DNA from: Eledone cirrhosa
Taxonomy: Eukaryota
Direction: 5' to 3'
Length of the DNA stretch: 64,000 bases
Assembly (NCBI GenBank): GCA_964016885.1
Contig: OZ024740.1
Location: 76,880,001 to 76,944,000 of the forward strand
The notes below the pieces were generated by a model that saw only the letters and a list, made by a program, of their open reading frames with translations, was not told where the DNA came from and ran no database searches. Shown here one piece after another: positions 1-12,409 of the stretch. Made by a program: the position numbers and the translations under genes. Position 1 is the first letter of the stretch. Every line of letters begins with the position of its first letter.

Positions 1-193
1 AAATGTTTCTGTCTCGTGTTACCGAGGTTTGATATCTACTGCGTCTCCCCAATCACTTTACACATAATCTTATATTAATTCAATTGTAGTGTTTCATTTT
101 ATGTTTGTGGACATGAATGTAAATATAGCTGTACACATATATATACACACACACACACAAACACACACTCACACACACACACATGTATGTGTG

Positions 194-226
<33 letters not shown>

Positions 227-1216
227 ATGCGTGTGGGTATGTAAATCAATGTACGTATGTGTATATATGTGTATATATACACACACACTCATATATATTT
301 TTACGTAATCATTCATTCATACACATATACAAACATGCCTGCATGTTTGTATACATACATACACATATACATACATGCATACATACATACATATATACAT
401 ACATACATGCATACTTTTCAGTCTATATGAATGCAAATATGAAAATATCAACCAACCACGGTCGCAACCGAATCATTGTCTGATATGCCCTCTCGTCCTC
501 CTATTTTTGGTGGTTTTGCGACACTGGGGGGGGGGGTCTTCTTTGAATAATGTCCCTCTTTAGACCCGTAGCATTTGACAAGTCCTGCGGAGAAGAAAAA
601 TAAAAATAAATAGATATGAGAGTCCCTACTATGACAAGATCTGGTTTTCAATTAATCAGACGACATTTTACTTCACAACCAAACCCAAATGACAGGGTTG
701 GAGACATTTCTTAAGATTAGTACTACGGTTAACAACCCCGTACATGACTACTACAACCAAAATGGCTCCAGGCGATTCGGGTTAATATTACTACATGAAA
801 GGATCAAAGTTATAGTTTCGCTCTCTGCAAAGGACTGTTTGTTAACGCCGCACTAATTTAATGGGATATGCAGATCAGTAGGATGTGTACACATTAGGTG
901 CAATTTTGTGATTTGAACACCGTGGCGCTGCTTTACATAACGATGCATAAAATTATATCCAGATACTTAATGATGAGATGTTTGTCGTAATATGTATGTA
1001 TATATATGTGTGTGTATGTATGCATCATGTATGTATATGTATGTGTGTTATGTGTGCGCGTATGTTCGTCTTCGGGTGAGTCTGCGTTTCTGTGCATGTA
1101 CAAACATGATATTCAAAAGTATACACATTTATATAAAAGCACATACAACGATATATAATATTTGTGTGGTGGATGTATTTGGATGTATTTATATATATAT
1201 TTATATATATATATAA

Positions 1217-1260
<44 letters not shown>

Positions 1261-1275
1261 TATATATATATATAT

Positions 1276-1340
<65 letters not shown>

Positions 1341-1355
1341 CTATATATATATGTA

Positions 1356-1428
<73 letters not shown>

Positions 1429-2424
1429 ATGTGTGTGTGTGTGTGTGTGTGTGACAAAGCAATCGGCACAATACATGGAAGAAATGGGTTAGTTTAATGC
1501 TAGGTTAGTTTAAGTGTGATACGAGGAAGTAACGGGGGTAAATGAGGAAAAAATGGAGTAGAAAAAACACACGTGCATATTAATTCGGCCATCATAGAGA
1601 GTAGGTGGTCAAGGGGTTTAGGAAGGGAGGTAATCGATGTATATGTGGGTCGGACATATGAGTATACGTTCGTATGTTGGTGTGCATGTGTGTGTGTGAG
1701 AGAGAGTAGGCGCGTGTGTGGGCACGTGTGTGTGTACGGGAATGTCTGTTCGTATGTTTGGTGAAGCCTTGAGACATGATGTGCTGGCTGCTATGAGTGT
1801 GTGGATATGTGAGTGAGCATGCGCGTGTCAACTGACCGACGTAAGGGGTTGTATAGGAATGTATGTGAATATCTACATATACGTCCTTAAACACATACAG
1901 GAGCAGCCAAGAGAGGCTGTGTAGAAGAGAGGAAGTAGTGAAATTGGTAGTAGCCTGTATATTTCATTACCTGGTATGGTCATAAGAGAAGCTGCTTAGT
2001 TTCGCATACGACGATACAGTGGTACAACCGTAAGCGGCTAAGCTGGAAGGTGTGAAGTCTTTACGTCCGTGCTAATGGATAGAGCGGAGAAACCTTTAAC
2101 ACCGACGACTCCACTGCCGCGGCACTGGGTTCCACGCGAACACAGAAACAAGCAAGAGAAACAAGTACCCATGGACGTGAGCAGAGGAATGTGTATCGGT
2201 GGTGTATGCGGGCAGGTGCACATATGCGTGCACGCATCCGAAAGTGTAGAGTTGATGGTTGTGTGTGCAGAAGTAGATACGTGTGGAGTGGCATACACGG
2301 ATGCTGTAAATGTTGGTGTGTATTGTGTGGTGATGGCTGGAGTTGTGTGTGTGTGTATGTGCGTGTGTTTCTCTGTGAAAGCAAAAGTAAAGGGAGGTTA
2401 TAGAAACGGGGGGGGGGGGATACG

Positions 2425-2529
<105 letters not shown>

Positions 2530-3551
2530 TTTATCATATGGATTTCTTAACATTATATATAAATGCAGCTGTGTGGTTAAAAATTTCGCTTCACTATCAA
2601 GTAGTTCCGAAATCAATGCGAATGCGCATAACGTTCACCAACGCTCTGTAAGTAGAATGTGGTAGGCGGAAACTCTGCCGAAACCCGTTAGATATGTTTC
2701 CTAGAATTTCATATAAATTACTGCTATATTTCCTTTAAAAAAATGAATTTTGTTAAACGCCCTGGTGTTTGAATAGGCTATCACGCAAATAACGAGCAAT
2801 GATATATATACAAACCTACAGACTATCAAATCACTAAGACGATACTAGAACTTCTGCCCCCAAACACCCCATTTGACGTAGGCATGGAAGCAAGTGACAC
2901 CGCCGACGTAAGTAAACCTGTAGGTCTTTTCTACTATACAATCTAAACGCAATTTCCCGTCTTAGAAAGCGGTCTATACATGAACTATAATCTACCACTC
3001 CAATCTACTCCAATTCAATGAACTATAGTCTACTACTATAACAAACCATATCTTCTACTCCACAAGTATAATAAGAAAAATCTACAGAATTTCTTTTAGG
3101 GAATATAATCTGTCTACACATCATATAGAGCCTTCTATAATATCTTCCAAATGTGCTAAGATACATAACGGAGAACAAGATCCAAACATTAATATCATAT
3201 TTAACTGCAAAACACTTCTCTCACCCCCATAAATCGGAATTCTCGAGTCATCATGTTGGACATGAAGACACCCTACATTGGCCTTACAGATAATGTGTTC
3301 AGGGCTCACTTCACCCAATATAAATCTTCGTTTAGACTTGAATCTAACAACAAGGCCACAATTTTAGCAAAACATTTATAGGTACTGATATATATGCGAC
3401 GTGTATGCCGAAGTCGTATATATATCCATAGAGATATCTGTAACGTGCGTGAATATATACACGTGGGTGTAGGTGTAAAACATAGAGTGGTTAGGAGACA
3501 TCCAAATTATACTTCTTTCATAAAAAAAAACCTTATTCATTCTTTTATAAT

Positions 3552-3720
3552 TGTTTCTACTTTAGGCACAAGGCCAGCAAATACCCAGTACATTACTGGT
3601 ACTTTATTTTATCGACTTCGTAAGGATCAAAGGCAAAGTTAACCTCGGCGGGATTTGAACTCAGACTGTGCTAGAAAGCATGGCGTCCAACCCTCTACCG
3701 ATACTGCCAATTCACCGCCC
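3552..3720 (-). mobile_element. tRNA-derived SINE with Deu/Nin-type central domain (Octopus-type)
   Basis: Minus strand reads GAGTTCAAATCCCGCCGAGGTTAACTTTGCCTTTGATCCTTACGAAGTCGATAAAATAAAGTACCAG (B-box plus Nin/Deu-like motif). Flanked by a 16-bp direct repeat TTCATTCTTTTATAAT (3536-3551, 3721-3736). More than 10 related copies in the window. Confidence 0.85.
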
Positions 3721-4609
3721 TTCATTCTTTTATAATCGTTTTGAATGAGATATGACCTCGAATTATTCTATGTGTTGCTAAAAACTGGTTTCATATAGTT
3801 ATGTCAATCTATAAATGTAGATATATGTCTATACGGTCATAATTCACTCTCCTCCGAGAGAAAACATTAGTTGGAATTTCTCACTGACATATTTGGATTA
3901 TCTTTAGCTTAGATTATGTATGGCAATCCTAAATCTTAAATACAGAGTTTATTTCAACGGAATCATTTTTTTCCGGGTTGTATATTTCCCATGCTTGAGG
4001 TATGTTGACATTTCAGTTTTAGAACGAGATAGAAGAAAACAAACGACAATTCATGTTTCTCATCTCATTACAAGGAATTAACAATTCGATCCATATCTAC
4101 TGATGTGGCTATTCTCACACTTCCTATAAATATGATTCCACCATCTAATTGTTAAGTCTAATATGTTCATATTTATATCTATTGTTACTACTCTCCCACC
4201 GACGTTGACGATACGAGATCGATAAAATAAAGTACCAATAATCTACTGGGGTCAATTTGATCCACGTTACCGTTACTTTCAAATTACTGGTCTTGTGCCA
4301 AAATTAGAAATAACTATTACAACACTCACAATTATTATTTTTATTTTATTCCTTAACTTTAGTAAACTAAATAACTTACATGCACAAATATATCTTTCAT
4401 TTGATAACATTGATTCAACATTCTAGTTTATCTTAAATACCTAGAATTCTACACAGACGTAATAAGATTACTACACACAACCCAACTGACCATATTAAAT
4501 TTCCACTAAGACGTTGATGACCAGATTCTAGCACCTACATCTATCTTCCTAATTTCAGCCCCTATAACATTCCCTCACAGTTTCTTACTCCTAGACATAT
4601 ATCCTCAAC

Positions 4610-4641
<32 letters not shown>

Positions 4642-4672
4642 CAAAAAGAAATGATGAACAAAAACAACTCAC

Positions 4673-4725
4673 TATTTTGCTGATGAGGGTTAGCGGAATC
4701 TCGCTTTCTTGAAACATCGTAAATA
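4673..4725 (+). ncRNA. Degenerate type I hammerhead ribozyme motif
   Basis: CTGATGA (4680-4686), stem II GGG..AGCG/CGCT..CTT, then GAAAC ATC GTA. Stem I pairing is weak. AATAAA at 4741. The module is bounded by (TA)n on both sides. Confidence 0.55.
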
Positions 4726-4812
4726 TTTTGTAAGATTAAGAATAAACTTTACAGAATAGTGAGCTTTTCCTTCAATGGGGACTACTAAAATAAATAATTA
4801 TTTCTGAATGCA

Positions 4813-4858
<46 letters not shown>

Positions 4859-4859
4859 C

Positions 4860-5364
4860 CTCCTCACTCCAACTTTCACACCTACCATCCTCGCCCCTTT
4901 ACCATTCCACCGACTGCTGCTATGCCCTCTGACCACCTCCCAGCACAAACAGACCACAGCACTCCCACTGCTGACCACTTCCTGTTGCGCGCGCACCCCA
5001 CATCTCTCCTCTTCCGACCATCGCTTCATGGAATACCCACACGCAGAAATTGACCAACAACCAATCCACTAAACATCTTCGGAATTTACCAACTTTTCAA
5101 CCATCCTCTTACGTAATCACCTATATAACTCACCCACACACACACCCCCCAAAAATTTGTTTATCCACACGCCACCTACACCCACAACACGCTTAAACCC
5201 CACACACACGTGCTTTCCACCACATATTTACACCCTCAGCCTCCTGATTCCTCTCCCCCCACCCATCTATCCACACACGCACAGACACTCCGACCCCCTC
5301 CCCCCACACACACACACACCTCTTCCTGAACATGCAACCCCATTCTTCCCCCAACCCTTACTTT

Positions 5365-5405
<41 letters not shown>

Positions 5406-5830
5406 CTACACACACACACCACCATCAGCCCTCCCCGCTCGGACACCCCGTCTCCCTCTCCCCACTCCACCCGCCACCCCCTACACACCCCACACCCTTC
5501 CACCACCTGTTTACCCCCCTTTTAATTTCAGTTTATTTTGATCATGCCTTTATTTTTAAATTTATCTCATTCCTTGTATTTTGATCATGCTTTATTTTTA
5601 TTTTTATCTTTATTTTTTATTTTTTCATTCGCACCGTTTCCTTTCGCTATATGTCTCTCCACCACTCCCCTACACACCCTTTAAACTCTGTTCCCACACA
5701 CTTCCCACCTGAGGAAGGGCTTATGCCCGAAACGTCGTCCCCCACCAACACCCCACTCTCCAGAGCGTGAAATTAATAAACATTCGTTGTACTGCCTCTC
5801 TGTTTTGTCCCTGTTCAAATTTTTCCATTA
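4860..5830 (+). mobile_element. Probable 3' remnant of a Penelope-like element (decayed endonuclease tail, C-rich UTR, HHR, AATAAA)
   Basis: Weak similarity of TPTADHF...TFQPS to Penelope GIY-YIG C-termini. HHR at 5706-5740, AATAAA at 5775, and the element ends in (TA)n. Confidence 0.5.
5706..5740 (+). ncRNA. Minimal hammerhead ribozyme (Penelope-type, extra A after core)
   Basis: AC CTGAGGA A GGGC TTAT GCCC GAAAC GTC GT. Perfect stem II, loop-less palindromic stem III (ACGT), GUC cleavage triplet, only 2-bp stem I. Confidence 0.75.
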
Positions 5831-5845
5831 TATATATATATATAC

Positions 5846-6158
5846 AATATATTAATAAATGGAAACTATATTTATAAAACCATAATTATTTTATTATATA
5901 TATTTCAAGGGCAAACAACGCAATTTTGGTGCGCTTCCATCAGATAAAATACAAAATATGTTTTATAAATGATGAAAGCGCACCAAATTGCCTTGGTTGA
6001 CCTTGAAATATATATAATACAATAATTATGGTTTTATAAATATAGTTTCCATTTATTAATATATTGAATATTTACTCCACAAATTGTTGAGTGCTTTATA
6101 TCAGTTATAAAACTTTTAAGCTTGTTGAATCCCAACAAATTAAATATAATTTCTGCAT
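5846..6158. mobile_element. Fold-back (inverted) Penelope-like 3'-end remnant
   Basis: 5846-5940 is the reverse complement of about 5972-6066. Same family at 29552-29800, 43581-43730 and 62550-62660. Flanked by (TA)n. Confidence 0.7.
5887..5951 (-). ncRNA. Hammerhead ribozyme motif (core CUGAUGG variant)
   Basis: Minus strand: TATTTTAT CTGATGG AAG...CTT GAAA TATATA TA ATAAAATA. 8-bp stem I and palindromic stem III. Confidence 0.65.
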
Positions 6159-6184
6159 ATATATATATATATATATTTATATAT

Positions 6185-7267
6185 AGTTTTAAGCAGACAG
6201 TATTATTGATTTAGGTGTCACAGCAACCCTGTATTGGATTTACCATCAATTACAAGGGTCCAGGTTTGTTATATATATATGTATATGTATATATATATAT
6301 ATGTATTATTATATCATTTATTTTGTCTGACCTGTTTAGCTTGACTTGTTTTTTGGCTTAGGTGGTTAATGCCTTCTTGACCGACTTCTCAGTTTGTATG
6401 GCCTTTAGAACCTATGTTTATAGCTCTGGTTTTTTAGCCATTGGAACGCTTGCCAGCATGACTCTGAATTTGCGTTACGTTTCGCTTTTTCTACCCGCCA
6501 AAATGCGATTCTCGCTGAATTTATATCTGTATTAATCTCCCGAGTCTTACAATTAACCTGTTAATAATTCTATTGACAGATTAATTGCATAAGTTTATTT
6601 TAAAAACTACCCGGTTGAGTGCTTATTCGATTTGTGCTATTTATGCAATTTTTTGCATGATTTGCACATACTGAATTCATTTGCCAAATTCTGGGGTTTT
6701 TCCTCTTGTGAGTTACAAATGTGCTTTTACAAAACACTATGTCATCCACAATACCGGAACAGAACAAAATACCTGTTGATAACGTGATATTCCTCGTTCG
6801 ATCATTATACCAAAAGCTTATGGTTTTAAGCAGACAGTATTATATCCCGCCAAGGTTAACTTTGCCTTTCATCCTTACGAGGTCGATAAAATAAAGTACC
6901 AGTAATGCACTGGGTAATTGCTGGCCTTGTGCCTAATGTAGAAACAATTATTGATTTAGGTGTCACAGAAACTCTGTATTGGATTTTACCATCAATTTCA
7001 AGTGTCCAGGTTTGTTATATATATGTATATATATATATGTATATATATATATGTATGATTGTCATTTATTTTGTCTGACCTGTTTAGCTTGACTTGTTTT
7101 TTGGCTTCGGTGGTTAATGCCTTCTTGACCGACTTCTCAGTTTGTATGACCTTTAGAACCTATGTTTATAGCTCTGATTTTTTTATCCATTGGAGCGCTT
7201 GCCAGTATGACTCTGAATTTGCGTTACGTTTCGCTTTTTCTACCCGCCGAAATGCGATTCTCGCTGA

Positions 7268-7272
<5 letters not shown>
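6185..7272. repeat. Direct (tandem) duplication of about 335 bp; the second copy is interrupted by a SINE
   Basis: 6185-6522 matches 6824-7272 (TTTTAAGCAGACAGTATTAT...GCGATTCTCGCTGAATTTATAT). The second copy carries the SINE at 6844-6952. Confidence 0.9.
6844..6952 (+). mobile_element. 5'-truncated Deu/Nin-type SINE
   Basis: TCCCGCCAAGGTTAACTTTGCCTTTCATCCTTACGAGGTCGATAAAATAAAGTACCAG...GTAGAAACAATTAT. The empty site is visible in the paralogous copy near 6200. Confidence 0.85.
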
Positions 7273-7322
<50 letters not shown>

Positions 7323-7325
<3 letters not shown>

Positions 7326-8062
7326 CGATAAATTAATGGAGACATAGACTCTCGCTATTCCCTGTCATTAATGTGCTCAAAGGAGAGGAATCCCGAGCCT
7401 TTTATAATAAAATATGTAGAAAAGATAACACGCCAGAGAGAGAGACAGTGCGCCATCAGTCAAACAGGGAAAAAACACCAGTGTATGGAATCTATAGCCC
7501 TAGGAAGGCAAAGTAGACACACAATAATTAAAAGTATAAATCTAAGTGCAAACACATACCTTGATCACTATCTAACACACACGTACAAATCCAAAAGGAT
7601 CTGTTTCACCAACTAATTTGTTGACAGACATGATTAGCCCATGGTTCATCAGCGTGTGTAAGGCTATACATTTCAGACAACACTAAAAGAATCTAAAGCC
7701 ACACGTGGGAGAGAGAATTCACGGCGTGCCTAGGGGAGTAACCAGTGAACTCTAAGGGACGAGCTGCTAGAAAGGGCAGCCCAAACCACCCAAAGAAGTG
7801 TGCTCAACCAAACAGAGAAAGAGGAGAGACTGTTATAAGGAGCGAAATATTACGATAAATTAACAGAGCCACAGACTCTCGCTATTCCCTGTCATTAATG
7901 TGCTCAAAGGAGAAGGAATCCCGAGTCCTGTTTGACTGATAGCGACTCTCTCTCTCTCTGGTGTGTTATCTTTTCTACATATTGTATTATAAAGGGCTCG
8001 GGATTCCTTCTCCTTTGAGCACATTAATGACAGGGAATAGCGAGCGTCTATGGCTCCGTTAA
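7323..8062 (-). mobile_element. HHR-containing tandem plus inverted module (retrozyme-like / mini-Penelope), unit about 528 bp
   Basis: 7323-7397 is repeated directly at 7851-7927 and followed by an inverted copy (7928-8062). Canonical HHR at 7577-7659. A further partial copy lies at 62330-62470. Confidence 0.7.
7577..7659 (-). ncRNA. Canonical type I hammerhead ribozyme
   Basis: Minus strand: ACACACG CTGATGA ACCA..CTAAT..ATTAG.TGGT GAAA CAGATCC TTTT GGATTTG TA CGTGTGT. 7-bp stem I, intact core, stable stem III, GUA cleavage triplet. Confidence 0.92.
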
Positions 8063-8439
8063 TTAGAAAAGTGAATGATGGAGCGCATCTACCTGAAATA
8101 GTAAAAAACCGTTTTGTATAATGAGCTATACTTGTGCACGCGCGCGCATGTGTGAGTGTGTGTGAGTGTGTGTGTATGTGTTATTATACGTACGAAGCTA
8201 AGAAGATATGTGTGTGTATATATAAGTAAAAGAGTATTGCTCTTTATACAAAACGGTTTCTTTTCTATTTCAGATCGACCCGTTCCATCATTCATTTTCT
8301 AAAAAAAATATATCATACACAAAACGCCAGCAGCAACAGTTTTCCAAGAGATGACAAAATGAATGGACCTGTTATTTTTATCTAAAAACATTTTTTTCAA
8401 ATTCCACCCACCCTTCAATCTTTTTAATTTCTCATTCTT

Positions 8440-8475
8440 TCTTCCGATGAAAGACTAGCGTCCGAAACGTTAAGA
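8440..8475 (+). ncRNA. Minimal hammerhead motif (mutated core CCGATGA)
   Basis: TCTT CCGATGA A AGAC TAGC GTCC GAAAC GTT AAGA. Paralog at 17245-17280, within dispersed repeat 8358-8580 / 17158-17345. Confidence 0.65.
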
Positions 8476-8879
8476 CCCACTTCCTGCTATTTCAAGGGTT
8501 AACCTAATATATTCCTTCCATATACTGTACTGATTGTGTTGTTATTTCAGTTTACCCATTACATTTCAGTTTATCCTTTACACACATATATATATATATA
8601 TATATATATCAACGCTTCCGTGGACCTCTCAAATTCGAATTTTCAAATTGGATTTTCACTCTGAAACTGGATATACACTCTGAGTTTACCTGAACCTCCA
8701 CCAGGAAATCTTTTCGTATCACTGATATTTTCTTTTCTTCTTGATATATATATATATATATGTAGTGAAATCAAATACATACCAACACATACATATATAT
8801 CCTAGAAACGATCGTAAAATGATGAATTTTTTAATATAAGGAACTGTTTCTTTGTTTTTATTCATTATTTTTATTAATT

Positions 8880-8904
<25 letters not shown>

Positions 8905-8911
<7 letters not shown>

Positions 8912-9437
8912 GAAGAGGAGTGGCTGTGTAGTTGCTAGATAAGGTATGCTTAAAAATAAGAAGAAACCAAGAATGGGAGAAGTTTTCCTCACCAGTTGTC
9001 TGCTGGGGGTCTCAGATATTTCTACGCATTAAAGACAATATATCTATCTCCAGTGCGTTCAATAACTAGGTTAAGTTATTTGGAAAACAAATATAGGATA
9101 ACAGAAAGGAAATGGGAAGAAAAGAGAAAAACAGCGAAAAAAAGCGAAAAAACGGGAAACAACAAATCGAAGAGTGTGAGCAACTCGAAGAGAGAAAGTT
9201 AAAGTCCACGACGATTACAGAACATAAGTTCTAGATTGTGCGGACGAGAAAAAAGACATGCGTGACCTCTCGGATATTTCTACGCATTAAAGACAAGACA
9301 CTCTCAGAGGTCACGCATGTCTTTTTTCTCGTCCGCACAATCTAGAACTTATGTTCTGTAATCGTCGTGGACTTTAATTTTCTCTCTTCGAGTTGCTCAC
9401 ACTCTTTGATTTGTTGTTTCCCGTTTTTTCGCTTTTA
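8905..9437. mobile_element. Direct plus inverted repeat module, Penelope-like remnant
   Basis: CTC(A/G)GATATTTCTACGCATTAAAGACAA occurs at 9011 and 9268. 9135-9270 is inverted at 9305-9437. The left end is related to 19925-20075 and 47850-48055. (TA)n flanks. Confidence 0.6.
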
Positions 9438-9590
9438 TATATATACATATATATATACATATATGTAGGAGGTGAGTTTTATTGTAGTACAATAAAGCAA
9501 TGCAGATATCGGATAAGAAGCACTCTACAGTTTGTGGGACTGGAGTATGCATAATATAAGATCAAAAGATGGTTAAAGGAGTTCCATATA

Positions 9591-9657
9591 TTTTATTATG
9601 CGCATTTCAAAAACAAACATCATCAAACAATAATATTTGTGTTTTCATCAGATAAAA
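9591..9657 (-). ncRNA. Hammerhead ribozyme (mirror copy)
   Basis: Reverse complement of 9770-9836. Confidence 0.75.
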
Positions 9658-9769
9658 CAGGAGAACATGATATGAAGGCTAAAAAACACTTGTTGATAGT
9701 GCAGTTTTATGTTGATTTGAAACTGCACTATCAACAAGTGTTTTTTAGCCTTCATATCATGTTCTCCTG

Positions 9770-9836
9770 TTTTATCTGATGAAAACACAAATATTATTGT
9801 TTGATGATGTTTGTTTTTGAAATGCGCATAATAAAA
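9770..9836 (+). ncRNA. Type I hammerhead ribozyme with palindromic stem III
   Basis: TTTTAT CTGATGA AAAC...GTTTTT GAAA TGCGCA TA ATAAAA. 6-bp stem I and AUA triplet. Confidence 0.75.
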
Positions 9837-9868
9837 TATATGGAACTCCTTTAACCATCTTTTGATCT

Positions 9869-9964
<96 letters not shown>

Positions 9965-10141
9965 TAGCGAGTCAGGGCTCGACGGTTGAGCTCTTTCACT
10001 TTTAACAACAAATTCCAACAGCAAACGCCCAGCCGTCGGTCCCTGACTCTCTATTATATTTACACATCAGTATCCTGGGTATGGTGAACTCTGTTGAATA
10101 ATGGTCTTACTAGTTTAAAATTGGTGTAATCTTGATCTATC

Positions 10142-10193
<52 letters not shown>

Positions 10194-10224
10194 CACATAC
10201 ACACACACACATATATATATATAT

Positions 10225-10266
<42 letters not shown>

Positions 10267-10290
10267 ATATATGTGTGTGTGTGTATGTGT

Positions 10291-10351
<61 letters not shown>

Positions 10352-11464
10352 CATATACTATTGAACTGATTTATCATGAATATACTGAAGTATTTCACTC
10401 ATTGAGCTATTGAATAGAAAAGTAATATTTAGTGATTTAATAATTCTGTAGAGTACCGATATTGTCATAATCAACTCCTAACATAGATCTTTTGAAAAGC
10501 AAAGATACATTTGATAATGTAATCCTACACATATTCTTTATAGACTGGATGGTCATATCTAGAATACCTTTGTTCAAAATTCTAATCAAGCAGGTCTTAA
10601 CTAAGGCTAAACAACCACAAGAATAACGGGCTATCCCATCTGGGTTTTTTATGTCCACGACTACATTGTCCTATCTGTACTTCCTTTATTGTAGACTGCA
10701 GCTGGGGTGGGGATTTGACTATTATTTCGGAAGACTATGTAGTGGATTTTCTCGTTTGCAGAACATGCTTGGAGTTTAATGATCGCGTGATGCCTGATAA
10801 TGGTTTAAATGTTTCAGGGTTATGGATGTCATATATTTCTCCTCTTTGAACATTTGACCTTTCTGGAAACTTATAAATCTTTAATGTTGAAGAAATTCCT
10901 ACAAATTCTAAAATGCTTTGGATGGTGCATCCTGTCAGCCACTTTGTGTATAACAACATCCAAAAGAGAGCAATTTGTTTTAGAAATGTAAAATATGGTT
11001 TGTCTCACAAAAGCCTTACCCAAACTTCCATTTCACCGTATAAATGTGACCTTATCTGGCCGTCTTATTTATTGCCTTAATTATTGTTTAAGATGTTCAG
11101 AGTTCACAAGTCTACTCATTCAAATTCTTATGTAACACTTGTCAATGTATATAACTCAAAATGGCGGGCGATGGATTGGCATAATTGGCAAAGCGTCGGA
11201 TAACGTGCTATTGCAATATTTGTTCTGGCTCTTTACATTCTATTATCAAATCCCGCCGAGTTAAACTTTACGTTTTATCATTCCTAAGTCAATACAATAA
11301 TCTACTATTCAAGTTTGCCCTAACCCAAAATTTCTTGCGCCTAAATCAATATTTAAAGCTCAATCTTTTTTGGCTTCTGCGATAACTCGATATTGCTAAA
11401 CGAGGGCGCTTGTAATATGGATTCTCTCTCTCTCTCACTCTCTCTCACTCTCTCTCTTTCTCTC

Positions 11465-11511
<47 letters not shown>

Positions 11512-11572
11512 ATATATATATATATACGCGCGCGCACACACACACACAGACACACACACATATATATATGTA

Positions 11573-11664
<92 letters not shown>

Positions 11665-11684
11665 TACATATGTATATATATATG

Positions 11685-11723
<39 letters not shown>

Positions 11724-11914
11724 GCTTAACTTCAATGACTGTGCTTGTAAATAAGATTATTTTTTCTTCCACATTGACTTTTTATGCTCGACATTATGCA
11801 CGTTTTTTTTTCCTTTTTCTTTTTTCTTTTCACTTCATAAACCTTGTTTGTAAATAACATTATTCTTTCTGCACCTTCTGTTTAACATGTGCGGCACCAC
11901 ACTGATACATTTCA

Positions 11915-11956
11915 CTATCATTTGATAATGCATACAAATGCTGAAACCGGTAATAG
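11915..11956 (+). ncRNA. Degenerate hammerhead motif, U3-A8 core
   Basis: TTGATAA T GCAT ACAA ATGC T GAAA CCGG TA ATAG. Palindromic ACCGGT stem III; stem I is weak. Confidence 0.45.
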
Positions 11957-12409
11957 ACAATAATTAAATATATAAATAGATAAATAAATGCCATTATTAA
12001 ATAATAAATAAATCAACTAATACCTTAACACTTCACACAAAGTCAAACATTTCGTTTTAATCATTTTCTAACCCAGAAAAAAGAGAGAGAGAAACAAAAA
12101 AATAAAAAAATATATTTTTCTTCCTAATAATCGTCTCTTCCTCCCTGTTTTCATATATATATATATTAGTTTTTATTACCCTATTACGCTAAAAGTATCG
12201 GTCCTCGCCAGATCATCGAAGCTACGCAACGTGTAGCTTAGAAATATATAAAGAGGCGACAGCTTGGGAAATCTGCGCAGTAATAACATCTTTCCTGTTT
12301 AAGGATACATTTCTTAACCCTTCCTTCTAACCGTCTCGGAGATACGAAAAAGGAGTTATTGACTCTGCTCTTCTCTTACTAAATAAATAGGAAAAATATG
12401 TAATATTCA

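Larger units (their letters stand above)
9551..9876. repeat. Near-perfect palindrome with about 157-bp arms carrying two divergent hammerheads
   Basis: 9551-9708 is the reverse complement of 9720-9876. The right arm ends in a long (TA)n tract. Confidence 0.92.

Noticed and set aside
12203-12256. HHR-like CCTC..CAGATCA..AAGCTAC/GTAGCTT A GAAA TATATA..GAGG
   Set aside because: The core has two non-compensated changes and stem I is offset; too degenerate to call.
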